Source: Octopus bimaculoides (Eukaryota). Taken from it: a stretch of DNA of 64,000 bases. The notes beneath the pieces were generated by a model. The model ran no database searches and was not told the origin of the DNA. It worked only from the letters and a program-made list of their open reading frames with translations. Made by a program: the position numbers and the translations under genes. Positions within the stretch are counted from its first letter, which is position 1, and each line of letters starts with the position of its first letter. Location of the stretch: contig NC_069006.1 of the NCBI RefSeq assembly GCF_001194135.2, positions 100,617-164,616 of the forward strand. Reading direction: 5' to 3'. Shown here piece after piece: positions 26,764 to 39,669 of the stretch.

Positions 26764-27319
26764 GTATATCTATACATGTATATGTATATATAGAGATATA
26801 GATGTATATACATGTGTAGATGTACATGTAATATGTACACATATATACATGCATACATATATACAACCATACGCACATATACATAGGTGCAGGTGTAGCT
26901 GTGTGGTAACAAACTTGGTTCCAAAACACATGGTCCTGGGTTCAGTCTCACTGTGTGGTGACTTGGCATGTGTCTTCTGCTATAGCCTCAGACTAACCAA
27001 ATCCTTGTGAGTGGATTTCGTAGACGGAAACTGAAAGAAATCAATTGTATATATATGTATGTATATACGTAAGTGTATGTGTGTCTCTGTATTTCTCCCT
27101 CATCACTGCTTCACAACTGGTGTTCGTTTATTTACATCCCCATAACTTACTGGTTTCACAAGAAGAAACTGGTACAATAAGTACCAGGCTTATCAAAATA
27201 GAAAAAACGCACCAGGCAGTGTCTCATATTTTTGTTTGCCCACTCAGTTGTATCTATCAATCTATCTTTGTGTGTGTGTGTGTATATAATACACACACAC
27301 ACACGCATATAAATACATG

Positions 27320-28035
27320 TATTATATAAAAGTCAATGTCTTTATGTGTGTCACTTATACATTTGAAAACTACTGCACTGATCCTAATGAAATTTGGAAC
27401 ACAAAATCCAAACCTAGGGAGGTTTGTAATGCTGTGTGTTTCATACAATTTCATGGCCCAAAATTACTGAATGGATCCTTATGATATTTGAAACTTAGAT
27501 TCAATGCATAAGGGCGGGTATAATGCAATATGTTTGGTTTGAATTTGAGACGGCTTTAAGGGGGGCAGAACCCCCATGAAAATCCATAAATTTTCGATGT
27601 TGATGAAATTTCAACCATAGGTAATTGACACACATCAAGAAGTATTCTCAAAGTTTCCACTTCTCATGAGGATTCTAAGCCTCACTAACGGGAGTCTTAA
27701 CTCCCAAATTTTAGTCATTTTTTTTTTATGATCCAAAACTAGGTCAAAAATACTAAATGGATCTTTATGAAATTTGGAAATTTTATTCTATGCATAAGGG
27801 CCATAACCCCCATCAAAATTCATATATTTTTGCTGTTGATGAAATTTTAACCATACATATTACACACAAATTAAGTAATATTTCTAAAATTTCATCTTCT
27901 TAGAAGTTAGAAAAACCCCCTTCATGGGACTTAACACCCACAATTTAGTCATTTTATCTAAGCAAAGACGAATACAGTTGTACTCTTGGAAGCTGTAGGG
28001 TCACCCGAGCATAACAGATGAGCGTTATTTGTAGT
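27320..28035 (+). mobile_element. Helitron-like non-autonomous element with an internal ~290-bp direct duplication
   Basis: Blocks ~27460-27720 and ~27748-27957 are diverged copies (aatggatc.ttatga...tgcataagggc...gttgatgaaattt.aaccata...tttagtcatttt). The family assignment is inferred. Confidence 0.45.
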
Positions 28036-29575
28036 AACTCAATGGTACAAAAGTGTAAGAGTTTGCTTCAGATATACTTAGATTGTGATTTCTGCAATGT
28101 GGTGCATAAATTGTTGAGTAAATGAGAGGCATCTTTGCCTCCACTGATTCACTTGCAAAGTGTTGAGTAAAGTTATTTGGTTTCCTGCAGCATTCCAATC
28201 ACATTTGTATTACCAGAGTTGTGTTAATAAGTACTTGTACTTGTGGTGGCTTCACCTGGGATGGGCTGAGCTGACTACAGCTGAGGCCCATCTGTGTGTC
28301 GGATACTGCAGATGCCATAGCTGTGATTGTCAATCGCTGTTTGGAGTTTTAATGACAATACCAGTTCACATATGGTTCCTGGTCACATGCAGACACACTT
28401 GGGGATAGTGTAATCAATAGCATTTCACCACAGATTTGGTGACCAAGTCACCGCCAAATATCAAAGCAGATGTAGTCAGGGCTTGAAGTGGGTTCTAAAA
28501 ACATTCTTTAAAAAAAACTAAGGGGTACCTCACTTCTGGTGCTTTTCCAGCATGCCAGACACCAAGCTGGTATTTCTGAGGGCTTGTGTGCTAGATAGTC
28601 ATTGAACCATCACTAGGTTCATCCACCCTTTTGACAGGTCTTGCTTTTAATCCTGCTGGGTTTCTAGCAAGCCTAGTGAGCATGCTGGTTTCGTTACAGA
28701 TGGCCTGACCATGCAACAGGTTGGACTGGATTCTATGTTACTAGTAGCACTCATGAAACCTCACAAGGGACTTGACATCATCCTCATCATCTATTGTCCA
28801 TGCTGGCATGGGTTGGACAGTTTGACTGGGCTGGCGTGCTGAAAGGCTGCACCAGGATCTAGTCTGATTTGGCATGGTTTTCAATGGCTGGATGCCTTTG
28901 CTAACCACTCCAAGAGTGTAATGGGTGTTTTTATGTGCCATTTGCGTGACACTGGCATCTGCCATGGCTGCGATTTTGCTCAGCTTGATGGGTCTTCTTC
29001 TCAAGCATGACATAATGCCAAAGGTCTCGGTCATTGCCTCTGTGAGGCCCAACACTCGAAAGGAGCCCAGCCACCTCGCCGTGTGTTAACAAGTAAACTA
29101 GACCTGCTAGAAATAACAGCCAAAACTGCCTGAAATCTCATGCGCTAAGGTTTAACTAGAAGGAAAAAAGGATGCAATGGATATTAGCACCATTAGAAAA
29201 CATTTCCTCTTTTTCTTACAAAGAGACCAACCCTGAAGCATTGCAAGGCTGTTCATTTCATCTTGACTTTCTTACCAAACTCGCTGTGATTTTTAAGACA
29301 TGCAAAGAAGCAACCATTTTCAAAAGATACAAGCATGGCTGAGTCGCTAAACAGTTTGGTTCCTAACCACATGGCTTCAAGTTCAGTCCCACTGCATTGC
29401 ACCTTGGGCAAGTATCTTCCACTATAGCCTGTGGCCAATCGAAGCTTTGTAAGTGGATTTGTTTGATGAAAACTGAAAGAAGCCCATCATAATATACAAA
29501 TGTATATGTGAGTGAGTCCATACATAAATACACACACACGTACACCCATTATTTTTTCATATACATGTAACATAC

Positions 29576-29622
29576 ACGACGTCTCTTTCCACCGACTTCA
29601 AAGCAAATGTCAGCTTCGACAT
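29576..29622 (-). CDS. FHA-domain protein exon 1 (MSKLTFALKSVERDV + 2 nt)
   Basis: ATG at 29622; donor GTATGT at 29575; phase 2 joins exon 2 (GT+A=Val) in frame, giving ...ERDVVLKKGKTTFGR. Confidence 0.75.
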
Positions 29623-31872
29623 GTCATAAAAACAAAAAGTGAATAAACAAAAAAATTTTTCACGGAAATTAACGAACAAGGAGCTGTAAACAGTGACAGA
29701 TCCGAGACCAATAAACGATTGATTGTCACTATTCAGTACCGTTGTTTGGGGGGGGGGGGCGTAGTTGACAGATGGAAGGTGTAACTTAACAAACACTTCC
29801 AGATGGTTAGGACTCTGCACGTTGCCATTTTACTATCGCTTGTACACGATTACCACTATCTCTAATCAGTACCGAGTGACAAACCAAAACGGGATGCCCA
29901 ATAATCACGTGAAACTGCAGGTTTTTACGTCAGTGTCCTTCTCCTAGAACGATGCTGTGACAAGCGCTTGGGCCGGGGGGTCCTCGTTCCTGTTAGTTTT
30001 TACTGCGCGCCCTGACACCAAACAAGATGGATTGTCACCATATACGCCTGTTGAATCATAGCTGGACCTTGATGTGTTACTATTGGGGATTAGAGTAGAC
30101 CTGGGAACAAACAGTAGCAAAATGGTCACACCCACACTCTTCGCAAAACCTACCAATAGATGCCGTTTTAAGACATAAATACAGAAGTACATTAAACAAA
30201 TCTGCGGCGGAGGTAAAGAATACGCACATCCACCCGTTTTCCGCGTAATTCTAACCCAAAACACCGGATGTGCGTATTCTTTACGTTCGCCCAAATCTGC
30301 AAATGCATTGACTCCAGATACAACATATATATACTTGCAAAAATAGCCAGTTCCATGTTGCTGAAATTCCACCGAAGGAGTCTTGGATTTTTCTCTGTTG
30401 GCAAGAAATTTTGAAATAAAACCGAATAAGGACAACCATATATGATGTGTGTAGATGGGTACAGATCATAGATTAACCCTAAGAAGGCAGTTGTGTGGTG
30501 GTTAACTGAGTCTGCTAGAAACAGCAGCTAAATCTCCTTAAAATCACATAATGACTTATTTAAACAGAGAGAAAACAAACATTGTTTTTGATAAAGAACG
30601 AATAAATCTGCGGATAAACAAAGAAAAAATACAGAGATCAAAAGAACGGTCACCGTTGGAACGCCTTTTAATAGTAGACGTTTGATCGTGGGGCAAAGTT
30701 AAGAAGAACAAAGAAAACAATTTGTAAATAAAAAAAGATAAAAAAACGTTTTTTTTTCAGAATTTGACAAAAGGAAAAATGTATGAATAAAAGAAACAAC
30801 GATATTTAGTTAAATGAAGTAATCAGAAATAAGTAAGAAGAATCAATGTAAGTAGGATTGTAAAGACTAACGTCATAAGAGGAGGACAAGTAGAAGCATC
30901 GATTCGTTTGGGTCCAACATGACGGAGAATAAGATTCGAACCTTCCTCCAACATTTCACAGTACCGCGTCACGATGTCTCCTCACAAACGACGCTTAGTT
31001 TCGTACAACACACACACACACATACAAATATAATATATAAATAAAATACGTTATTAACTCTGCACACTTTAATTTTTCCCTATTTTGTTTTGTTTAATCA
31101 ATTTATGATTTTATTGAATTTCTAAATAACAACCACATACACACACACACACACACCAAACGCACACATACATATGAGGAAACCACCGACTAACGTTACA
31201 CATTTTAATCTAACCCACACACACTTTTTCATTAATCAATTTATAATTTTATATGGTTTTTATATTAGATTTAATAGTTTTTCAAAAGCCAATATATTAA
31301 ATTAAAGTTTTCAGAATTAAAATGTGATCTTTTGATAGTAAAATATCCAACATTTTCGTATTTTTGGGGAGGTCTCATTGTAACGCATTTAACTTAAGTT
31401 GAGAGCAGAAACTTGGAGAAAAGAAAGGTTGAAAAATAATTTTTAAAAAATCTTTTAGTATTTCGAAATAAAGTATTATTTCATTCAATTCATGTATGAA
31501 TTNNNNNNNNNNNNNNNNNNNNNNNNNNNNNNNNNNNNNNNNNNNNNNNNNNNNNNNNNNNNNNNNNNNNNNNNNNNNNNNNNNNNNNNNNNNNNNNNNN
31601 NNNNNNNNNNNNNNNNNNNNNNNNNNNNNNNNNNNNNNNNNNNNNNNNNNNNNNNNNNNNNNNNNNNNNNNNNNNNNNNNNNNNNNNNNNNNNNNNNNNN
31701 NNNNNNNNNNNNNNNNNNNNNNNNNNNNNNNNNNNNNNNNNNNNNNNNNNNNNNNNNNNNNNNNNNNNNNNNNNNNNNNNNNCCGATCTTGCACACACAC
31801 ACACATGCGAGTTGTTCCTGTTTTTAGCTTTTCTCTGTGTGACGTTTTGAAATAACTGAATGCTCCCGCAGC
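29623..31872. promoter_or_regulatory. Divergent (head-to-head) intergenic/promoter region of the FHA gene and TMEM222
   Basis: The start codons point away from each other, 2.25 kb apart. Locally CpG-enriched, with CCAAT (~29898), E-box CACGTG (29906-29911) and CRE-like TACGTCA (29926-29932). Motif function is not demonstrated. Confidence 0.55.
30206..30291. mobile_element. 86-bp MITE with 26-bp TIRs and a perfect 9-bp TSD (Merlin- or Mutator-type)
   Basis: TIRs GGCGGAGGTAAAGAATACGCACATCC / GGATGTGCGTATTCTTTACGTTCGCC (24/26); CAAATCTGC at both 30197-30205 and 30292-30300. Confidence 0.85.
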
Positions 31873-32081
31873 ATGGCTGAAAGCACCAAAGTTCCTTCTG
31901 AAAAGACGGCAATCAACAAATCTTTCACCGAAACAAATCAGACGAACCCAGGCGAGATTCATTCCCCAGATATATCAACCATGCCGACCGTCAAGAACGG
32001 ACGTCGTAACAGTGTTCGAATCGATCTTCGCAACAGTCGATTCCCATTTTCTATTGTTTGGACCCCGATTCCTTGTTTAAC
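31873..32081 (+). CDS. TMEM222: Transmembrane protein 222, exon 1
   Basis: Ends with SRFPFSIVWTPIPCL, matching the TMEM222 motif SRFPYCVVWTPIP; donor AC|GTAAAT. Confidence 0.92.
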
Positions 32082-34304
32082 GTAAATATTCCTTTTTTAT
32101 ATCTCTTCTCTTCTTTCTATTATTTACCTATTTTCTCTCTCGATCTCTTTAGAAGCGTTCAAGCCGTGACCGTCCTGGGTTTTTTTGTTTGTTTTATTTT
32201 AAACATTGTGCATCTTGGACTACATCATTTAATGTGTCTTCCGGGTTGAGGTTTAGCTCTGGTCAACCCCGACCAAGGATGGCCATCTATGATTAAATAA
32301 GTTCCAGCCGTGGCCACTTTATTTGAAATTTTCTTCAGACATAGTGTATCTAGGATTACATTATTTAATGTATCTTCTTTTTATTATTTTTGTTAAGATT
32401 GTGATGGAAATTTGGCTGTTATTTTGTAGGTTGAGCAGCCTCGTAGAGGTTCCCTCGTTAATTCAAGAATGTAACTTGATAAACTCTGCGTCACACAAAC
32501 ACACACACATTCTCTCTCTCTCCACACGTTGAACACTGTTTCGATTCTCAATTGGGTGTCATCAGGCGCTATAATTTACAAGTGTATTCTTATCGAGTCT
32601 CTTTCGTTACGGTTGAAAAGATCGAGAAAAACAGGACCTCAATGTGCTCGCTCCTTTCCTGATTCCTATTCTGCGCTGAAATCTCTCACGGTTTTGTTCC
32701 GAAACAACAAAGAACTGTCTCGAACTGCCTGAATCATTACACTTCTCATCCTCAAAACAAAATAATTTATTCCACATTACGAAGATTTTGTACTAATTAT
32801 TTACCAAAGCAGACCAGCGTCTTTTCCTATATATATAGATCGGAANNNNNNNNNNNNNNNNNNNNNNNNNNNNNNNNNNNNNNNNNNNNNNNNNNNNNNN
32901 NNNNNNCATGTTGAGAACTTTTTAGGTCTTAATAGACACAAAATGTGATCTATTTCTAGCGCATTAATTGTCCACGTTAGGGGTCGACGTTATTTTTAAA
33001 TTGTACCTTAATCCCCGGAGATTGCAGATAATATTTCTGAATCTCTTTGATTCTTTAAATGTGCTGGCCCCCTGATAATTAATCGATATTAATTAATATA
33101 TTAATATATGACTAATTACCAGATCTTATAATAATATATATATATCTATAAGGTGCAGGCTTCACTGTGTGGTAAGAAACTTCTTTCCCAACCATATGGT
33201 TCTAGGTTCAGTCCTACTGTGTGGCACCTTAGGCAAGTGTCTTCTGCTATGGCCTCGGGCTGACCAAAGCCTTGTCAGTGGATTTGATAGACAGAAACTG
33301 AAAGAAACCTGTCGTGTATATAACTTTGATAGGTTTTGGCTAGTATAGCCCCCCCCCCCTTACAGAATATGTGTGTTTGTGTCTTTATGTTTATTGTTAA
33401 CTACTGCTTGACAACTGGTGTTGGTGTCTTATAACTTAGGAGTTTGGCATAAGAGACCGATAGAATTAGTACCAGGCTTAAAAAGTACTGGGTTGATTTG
33501 GTCACCTAAAGATTCTTCAAGGCTGCAGTAAAGTATAAAAGAAGTGGCTGTTTGGTAAGAAGCTTGCTTCTCAGCTACATGGTTCGGGGTTCAGTCCCAC
33601 TGCGTGGCATCTTGCGCAAGTGTCTTCTACTTTAGCCTTGGGTTGACCAAAGCCTTGTGAATGAATTTGGTAGATGGAAACTGAAAGAAGCCTGTCATAT
33701 ATGTCTGTGTGTCTGAGTTTGTTCTACTATTGCTTAACAACTGATGCTGGTGTGTTTATGTCCCCCGTAACTTAGCGGTTCAGCAAAAGAGGCCGATGGA
33801 ATAAGTATCGCGCTTAAAAATAATAAGTCCTGGGGTCAATTTGTTCAACTAAAGGCGGTGCTCCAGCATGGCCACAGTCAAATGACTAAAACAAGTAAAA
33901 GAATATATATAATATTCACACACACACACATATATATATATCTGTTATTTGCTTCACTCACTAGACTGTGGCCATGCTGTAGCAGTGGCTTGACTGGTCA
34001 AACAAATTGCCCCTCCCCCCTTATTTTTAAGCCCAGTACTTATTCTGTTGGGTTCTTTTCCTGAACCACCAAGCTATGGAGATGTAAACAAACCACCACC
34101 AGTTCTCAAGCAGCGGTATGGGGCAAATACAAAGACACATGTATATTATATATATGTGTGTGTGTGTGTATGTATATGACAAGCTTCTTTTAGTTTCCAT
34201 ATACCAAATCCGCTCTCAAGGCTTTGCTTAACCTGGGGCTATAATACAAGTGCCATACAGTGGAACTAAGTTCAAGATCAAGTATATGCGTGTATGTAGG
34301 TTGG

Positions 34305-34335
<31 letters not shown>

Positions 34336-35221
34336 TTGTGTCTGCTTGTCTTTCACCAACATACAAGCAGCATTATTCTTTTCCACCAGCATAGTTAAAA
34401 TGTGTGCCTCCCAGGGCAGTCCTTCAGTTTGCCTCTCTTGAGCCTCCACAAAAATTACACATTGCCCACAGCTGACCCAAAAGTGGTGCCACCTGGGACA
34501 GACTGTCTCACCTGCCCCCTCCCCTCTAGCTATGCTTTGTGTTCTTTTCCAATCTTTGCTGGAAACATGTAAACATGTCCTGTTATGGAAAAATATTACC
34601 TTGCTTAGAAGAAACAAATGAGATTTTGCAACAGGAAAAGCTTCCAGCCATGGAAAAACTTCCTTCTGACCCATGTTAACATAGAGAGGAAGACATTAAA
34701 AGCATGAGGGATTAACTATCCATAGCTCTTTATCAATGTAAAAAAAAAATATTGTTGTCATTATTGAGTCCATTATTATATATATATATATTTTTTTTAC
34801 TTGTTTCAGTCATTTTGACTGTGGCCATGCTGGAACATTGCTTTTAGTCAAGCAAATCTACCTTAGGATTTATTCTTTGTAAGCCTAGTACTTATTCTAT
34901 CGGTCTATTTTGCCGAACCGCTAAGTTACAGGGACACACACACAAACATATATATATATATACGATGGGCTTCTGTTCAGTTTCCATCTACCAAATCCAC
35001 TCACAAGGCTTTGGTTGGCCCAAGGCTTTGGTTGGCCCAAGGCTGTAGTAGATGACACTTGCCCAAGGTGCCACGCAGTGGGACTGAACCTGGACCCATG
35101 TGGTTGGTAAGCAAGCTACTTACCACACAACCACTCCTGCGCCTCTCTCTATATATATATGTATGTGTACGTGTGTGTATTTATATATATATAAATTTTT
35201 TTTTTGTTTTGCTTCTTTCAG

Positions 35222-35306
35222 ATGGTTCTTCCCAATCATTGGTCACATGGGTATTGCTACCTCATCAGGAATTATCAGAGATTTTGCTGGACCTTACTTC
35301 GTTTCA
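35222..35306 (+). CDS. TMEM222: TMEM222 exon 2 (WFFPIIGHMGIATSSGIIRDFAGPYFVS)
   Basis: Near-identical to the conserved TMEM222 WFFPIIGHMGI...RDFAGPYFVS; AG/GT boundaries; phase matches exon 1. Confidence 0.96.
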
Positions 35307-35538
35307 GTAAGTATCAAATTATCATCATTTATTATTCAGGCAGCAAGAATTATTAGCAAGATGGGCAAAATATTTAGTGACGTTTGTCCATCTTTACGTT
35401 TTGAGTTCAAATTCTGCCGAGGTCAACTTTACCTTTCATTCTTTCAAGGTCATTAAAATAAGTACCAGTTCAGCACTGGGGCCAATGTAATTGACTTGCT
35501 CTTCTCCAAAAATTGCTGGCCTTGTGTTAGAATTTGAA

Positions 35539-35587
<49 letters not shown>

Positions 35588-35785
35588 CGATGAGCTGGCA
35601 GAATCATTAGCATGCTCGGTGAAATACTTAGCAGAATTTCGTCCACTTTACATTCTGAGTTCAAATTCCGCCGAGGTTGACTTCGCCTTTCATCCTTGCA
35701 GGGTTGATAAATTAAGTACCAGTGAAACGCTGGGGTCAATGTAATCAATTATGCCCCTCTCCAAAATTTCAGGCCTTATGCCTAT

Positions 35786-36482
35786 AGGGCTTTCCTATAA
35801 GTAGGTTATCTCCCTTGGCTAGGCGGCGCTCCATGTAGATAATTAAACTTCCGGAGGCTACCCACGCCATTGTTATTGTTTTACGTCTTATCATGGATAT
35901 AAAGCAGCTTCATGATTCAGCTATCGAAGTACTTACTGTGCCTGAGTTAAAGAAATATTTAAGATTATATGGACAGTATGTTACTGGAAGAAAGGCAGAC
36001 TTGATTGAAAGGTATAAAAATTCTGTCGATATGTCAACAAAGTAAATTCATCGGACGATAAGTCTGAAGTATCGGATGATACTTCAGACAGGAATAAGCA
36101 GAAGCTTATATCCCCTCTCGGTGAAGTATTGCCTGATCTAAAGATCTTTGTAAGTTGCCGAATTTCACATGTGCTACGGATGAAAGCAAAGCAACAGTTA
36201 AGGAGTGGCATATTTTACCACGACAGACACGTACACAGCATCGAATACCACGATGTGAGTGAAAGCTGCTCTCACTGTATTGTCCGGTGTCTGGTAATCC
36301 CTTCGATACCGACATCAAACCAAAAAAAGAATCCTGACCACAGAGTGTGGGTAATTATGTCAAAAGTCACTGGCAATGTGCTTTCAGCTGATTGCAACTG
36401 TTAAAGCAAGTCACTGAGCATGCGTACATGTCATATGGGAGAGTTCAAACCAGGGGTGGATAACACCTTATCGGAAAGCCCT
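35786..36482 (+). mobile_element. 697-bp TIR transposon derivative carrying a frameshifted SAP-domain + partial SWIM zinc-finger ORF (ISL2EU/PHIS-like, tentative)
   Basis: Imperfect TIRs AGGGCTTTCCTATAAG.. / ..CTTATCGGAAAGCCCT; interrupts a SINE at cct-AT-agta with AT duplicated. ORF reads LTVPELKKYLRLYGQYVTGRKADLIER (SAP), then HRVWVIMSKVTGNVLSADCNC (start of SWIM CxC). Confidence 0.7.
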
Positions 36483-38328
36483 ATAGTATGCAGGATTATT
36501 ATTATTATTATTATTAGTATTATGGCAGTGAGCTGGCAGAATTGTTAGCACACTGGGCAAAATGCTTAGTGGCATTTTGTCCATCTTTACGTTTTGAGAT
36601 CAAATTCTGCCGAGGTCAACTTTGCCTTTCATTCTTTCAGGGTCAATAAAATAAGTATCAGTTATGAACTGGGGTGTCGATGTAATTGACTTATCCCGTG
36701 CTCTAAAGTTGCTGGCCTTGTGCCAAAATTTTGAAATTATTGTTGTTGTTGTTATGTCATGGGTTTGACTTTAAACTTCATCCAGTCGTGGGGCCCTGAG
36801 ATGGGAGTTCCAGGGTTTTGAAGAGTGTGGAACGACCTTTTAGCCACTATTGTGCAAGGTGTTTTCTGACCCAGAGTAGTAGCACCTGTTAGGGCCCCNN
36901 NNNNNNNNNNNNNNNNNNNNNNNNNNNNNNNNNNNNNNNNNNNNNNNNNNNNNNNNNNNNNNNNNNNNNNNNNNNNNNNNNNNNNNNNNNNNNNNNNNNN
37001 NNNNNNNNNNNNNNNNNNNNNNNNNNNNNNNNNNNNNNNNNNNNNNNNNNNNNNNNNNNNNNNNNNNNNNNNNNNNNNNNNNNNNNNNNNNNNNNNNNNN
37101 NNNNNNNNNNNNNNNNNNNNNNNNNNNNNNNNNNNNNNNNNNNNNNNNNNNNNNNNNNNNNNNNNNNNNNNNNNNNNNNNNNNNNNNNNNNNNNNNNNNN
37201 NNNNNNNNNNNNNNNNNNNNNNNNNNNNNNNNNNNNNNNNNNNNNNNNNNNNNNNNNNNNNNNNNNNNNNNNNNNNNNNNNNNNNNNNNNNNNNNNNNNN
37301 NNNNNNNNNNNNNNNNNNNNNNNNNNNNNNNNNNNNNNNNNNNNNNNNNNNNNNNNNNNNNNNNNNNNNNNNNNNNNNNNNNNNNNNNNNNNNNNNNNNN
37401 NNNNNNNNNNNNNNNNNNNNNNNNNNNNNNNNNNNNNNNNNNNNNNNNNNNNNNNNNNNNNNNNNNNNNNNNNNNNNNNNNNNNNNNNNNNNNNNNNNNN
37501 NNNNNNNNNNNNNNNNNNNNNNNNNNNNNNNNNNNNNNNNNNNNNNNNNNNNNNNNNNNNNNNNNNNNNNNNNNNNNNNNNNNNNNNNNNNNNNNNNNNN
37601 NNNNNNNNNNNNNNNNNNNNNNNNNNNNNNNNNNNNNNNNNNNNNNNNNNNNNNNNNNNNNNNNNNNNNNNNNNNNNNNNNNNNNNNNNNNNNNNNNNNN
37701 NNNNNNNNNNNNNNNNNNNNNNNNNNNNNNNNNNNNNNNNNNNNNNNNNNNNNNNNNNNNNNNNNNNNNNNNNNNNNNNNNNNNNNNNNNNNNNNNNNNN
37801 NNNNNNTCAGGAGGAAAGAGCCTGGGCATGGCCCCGACAGAACTCCTTGTTTTCAGGGAACGAGATTGATATGTGGAATTGTTTGTGGCTGTAGATCTGG
37901 TTCTGTTGATGTTTATATTGAACAACTGCAAGTCGACAATTGTCGTATGAAAAGGGACGGATATTGAGACCTGAGTGTGTGGAAGGGAGGGGACAATGGG
38001 CGGAGGAGAAAAGAAGGAAGGAGGGAAATGTTAGTGGTCATGGATTGTATTGGTGGCAATGATGATGATGATGGTTAGGGAATTTAAAATCCAGACACCT
38101 CCCCCCCTACATACTTTTTATTTATGGGTTTCAGCCAAGTGGCTGTGGTCATGCTGGAGCACCACCGTGATTTTCCGTCTTTATGCTTTGCTCTCTTCAC
38201 GTTCCTTGCATGGCTCTTCTCCTCCACCTGATATAGTCCAATCAAGAGTTTTGATGGCACATCTGGTGTATAAGAGAATTTGACTTCGCTGCCCTAAACT
38301 GTGTCTCATTTCGATTCTTTATTTTCAG

Positions 38329-38416
38329 ATATTGGACATTAGACCCCAGTAAAGTAAGCAAAGACACGTGGGATTGGGCTGTTGCTGAAGCTTCTGAAGA
38401 ATACAAGAAAAGAATG
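38329..38416 (+). CDS. TMEM222: TMEM222 exon 4 (YWTLDPSKVSKDTWDWAVAEASEEYKKRM)
   Basis: Matches YWKLDP...WD.AV..ASEEYK.RM; AG/GT boundaries. The exon starts in phase 2, so an intervening 3n+2 exon (32 nt by analogy with human) is missing and likely lies in the gap. Confidence 0.95.
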
Positions 38417-38749
38417 GTAAATTCAACCTAATTTATTTTAAGCTCATTGTATACACGCACACACACATACACGTTTGCAGACTCCCATCGTTAGATGACA
38501 GGTGAGAGTTACACAATGTTTTGTCAAACAACCACACAGATGATTTGTTTCATCATCATCGTCGTCATCGTTTAACGTCTGCTTTCCATGCCAGTACCAC
38601 CTGACTGGCCTTCATGCCGGTGGCACGTAAAAGCACCCACTACACTCTCGGAGTGGTTGGCATTAGGAAGGGCATCCAGCTGTAGAAACTCTGCCAAATC
38701 AGATTGGAGCCTGGTGTAGCCATCTGGTTCATCAGTCCTCAGTCAATCT

Positions 38750-39250
38750 GAGGACATGTTCTGAGAGTGATAAAAATCAAACATCCAGTCAACATCATGA
38801 TGTTTGGAGTGATCACTCGTGATGGTGACACTATTCATCTTCCCACACAGCCTCAGACTCAACACGGAGGCCTATATCAAGTGCCTGGAGGATTAGTGCT
38901 GCCCTGAGTCAAGAGGGTGGCTGCTGGAAGACCCTATGTCTGGCAACAGGACTCTGCACCCTGCCACACAAGCAGGAGAACCCAGTCATGGCTGTCAGAC
39001 AATTTCTGCGACCACAACACCCCTAACATCTGACCACCTAACTCCCCAGACTGCAACTCTCTTGATTATTATGTGTGGGTCGCAGTTGAGTGAGAGACCA
39101 ACAAAACTCCTTGTGACACCAACGATGAACTGAAGGCAAGGATTATGGCAGCATTCACCAACTTAAACCAGGAGACCATCCAGAAGAGTTGCAGGAGAAT
39201 CTGAAGTCATCTGGAAGCCATGATTGAAGCCAATGGCGATTTTATTGAAT
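38750..39250 (+). mobile_element. Tc1/mariner (maT-like, D37D spacing) transposase C-terminal relic
   Basis: YVWQQDSAPCHTSRRTQSWL...PPNSPDCNSLDYYVW...IEANGDFIE; 37 residues between the second and third catalytic Asp; contains stops and indels. Confidence 0.85.
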
Positions 39251-39538
39251 CTACTTCTTTGTATTTCAAAGGGCCAGCCTCCTCTCATTCTGTGTTATGC
39301 TGAATTGCCCCGAGAACTATGTTAAGGGTACATGTGTTTGTAGAGTGGTCAGCCATTTGCACATGAATTTTAGAAGCAGACTTCCATTCATCGGATCAAG
39401 TGGAAACCTCACTGTCATAACAGAGTGCCAAGTAGCAGTAGTAGTAGTAGAAGAAGAGGGAGAGATGGACAGATTTCTTAATTCTTTTTTTTTTCTTCTT
39501 GTATTTATACTTTGTTTCTCTTCCTCTTCTGTTGTCAG

Positions 39539-39669
39539 CACAATTTATTCTGTGACAACTGCCACTCCCATGTAGCAATGGCACTGAACTTGATGAAATA
39601 CGATGACAGCAGCTGTTGGAACATGGTAAAACTTTGTTTTCTAATGATGATACACAGCCGATATGTCAG
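39539..39669 (+). CDS. TMEM222: TMEM222 exon 5 (HNLFCDNCHSHVAMALNLMKY...SRYV)
   Basis: Signature HNLxCDNCHSHVA.ALN; acceptor tgtcag and donor AG|GTGAG. Confidence 0.96.

Noticed and set aside
29944-30435. 163-aa minus-strand ORF in the divergent promoter
   Set aside because: No recognisable domain; it runs straight through the 86-bp MITE, and no splice link to the FHA gene is needed because exon 1 has its own ATG.
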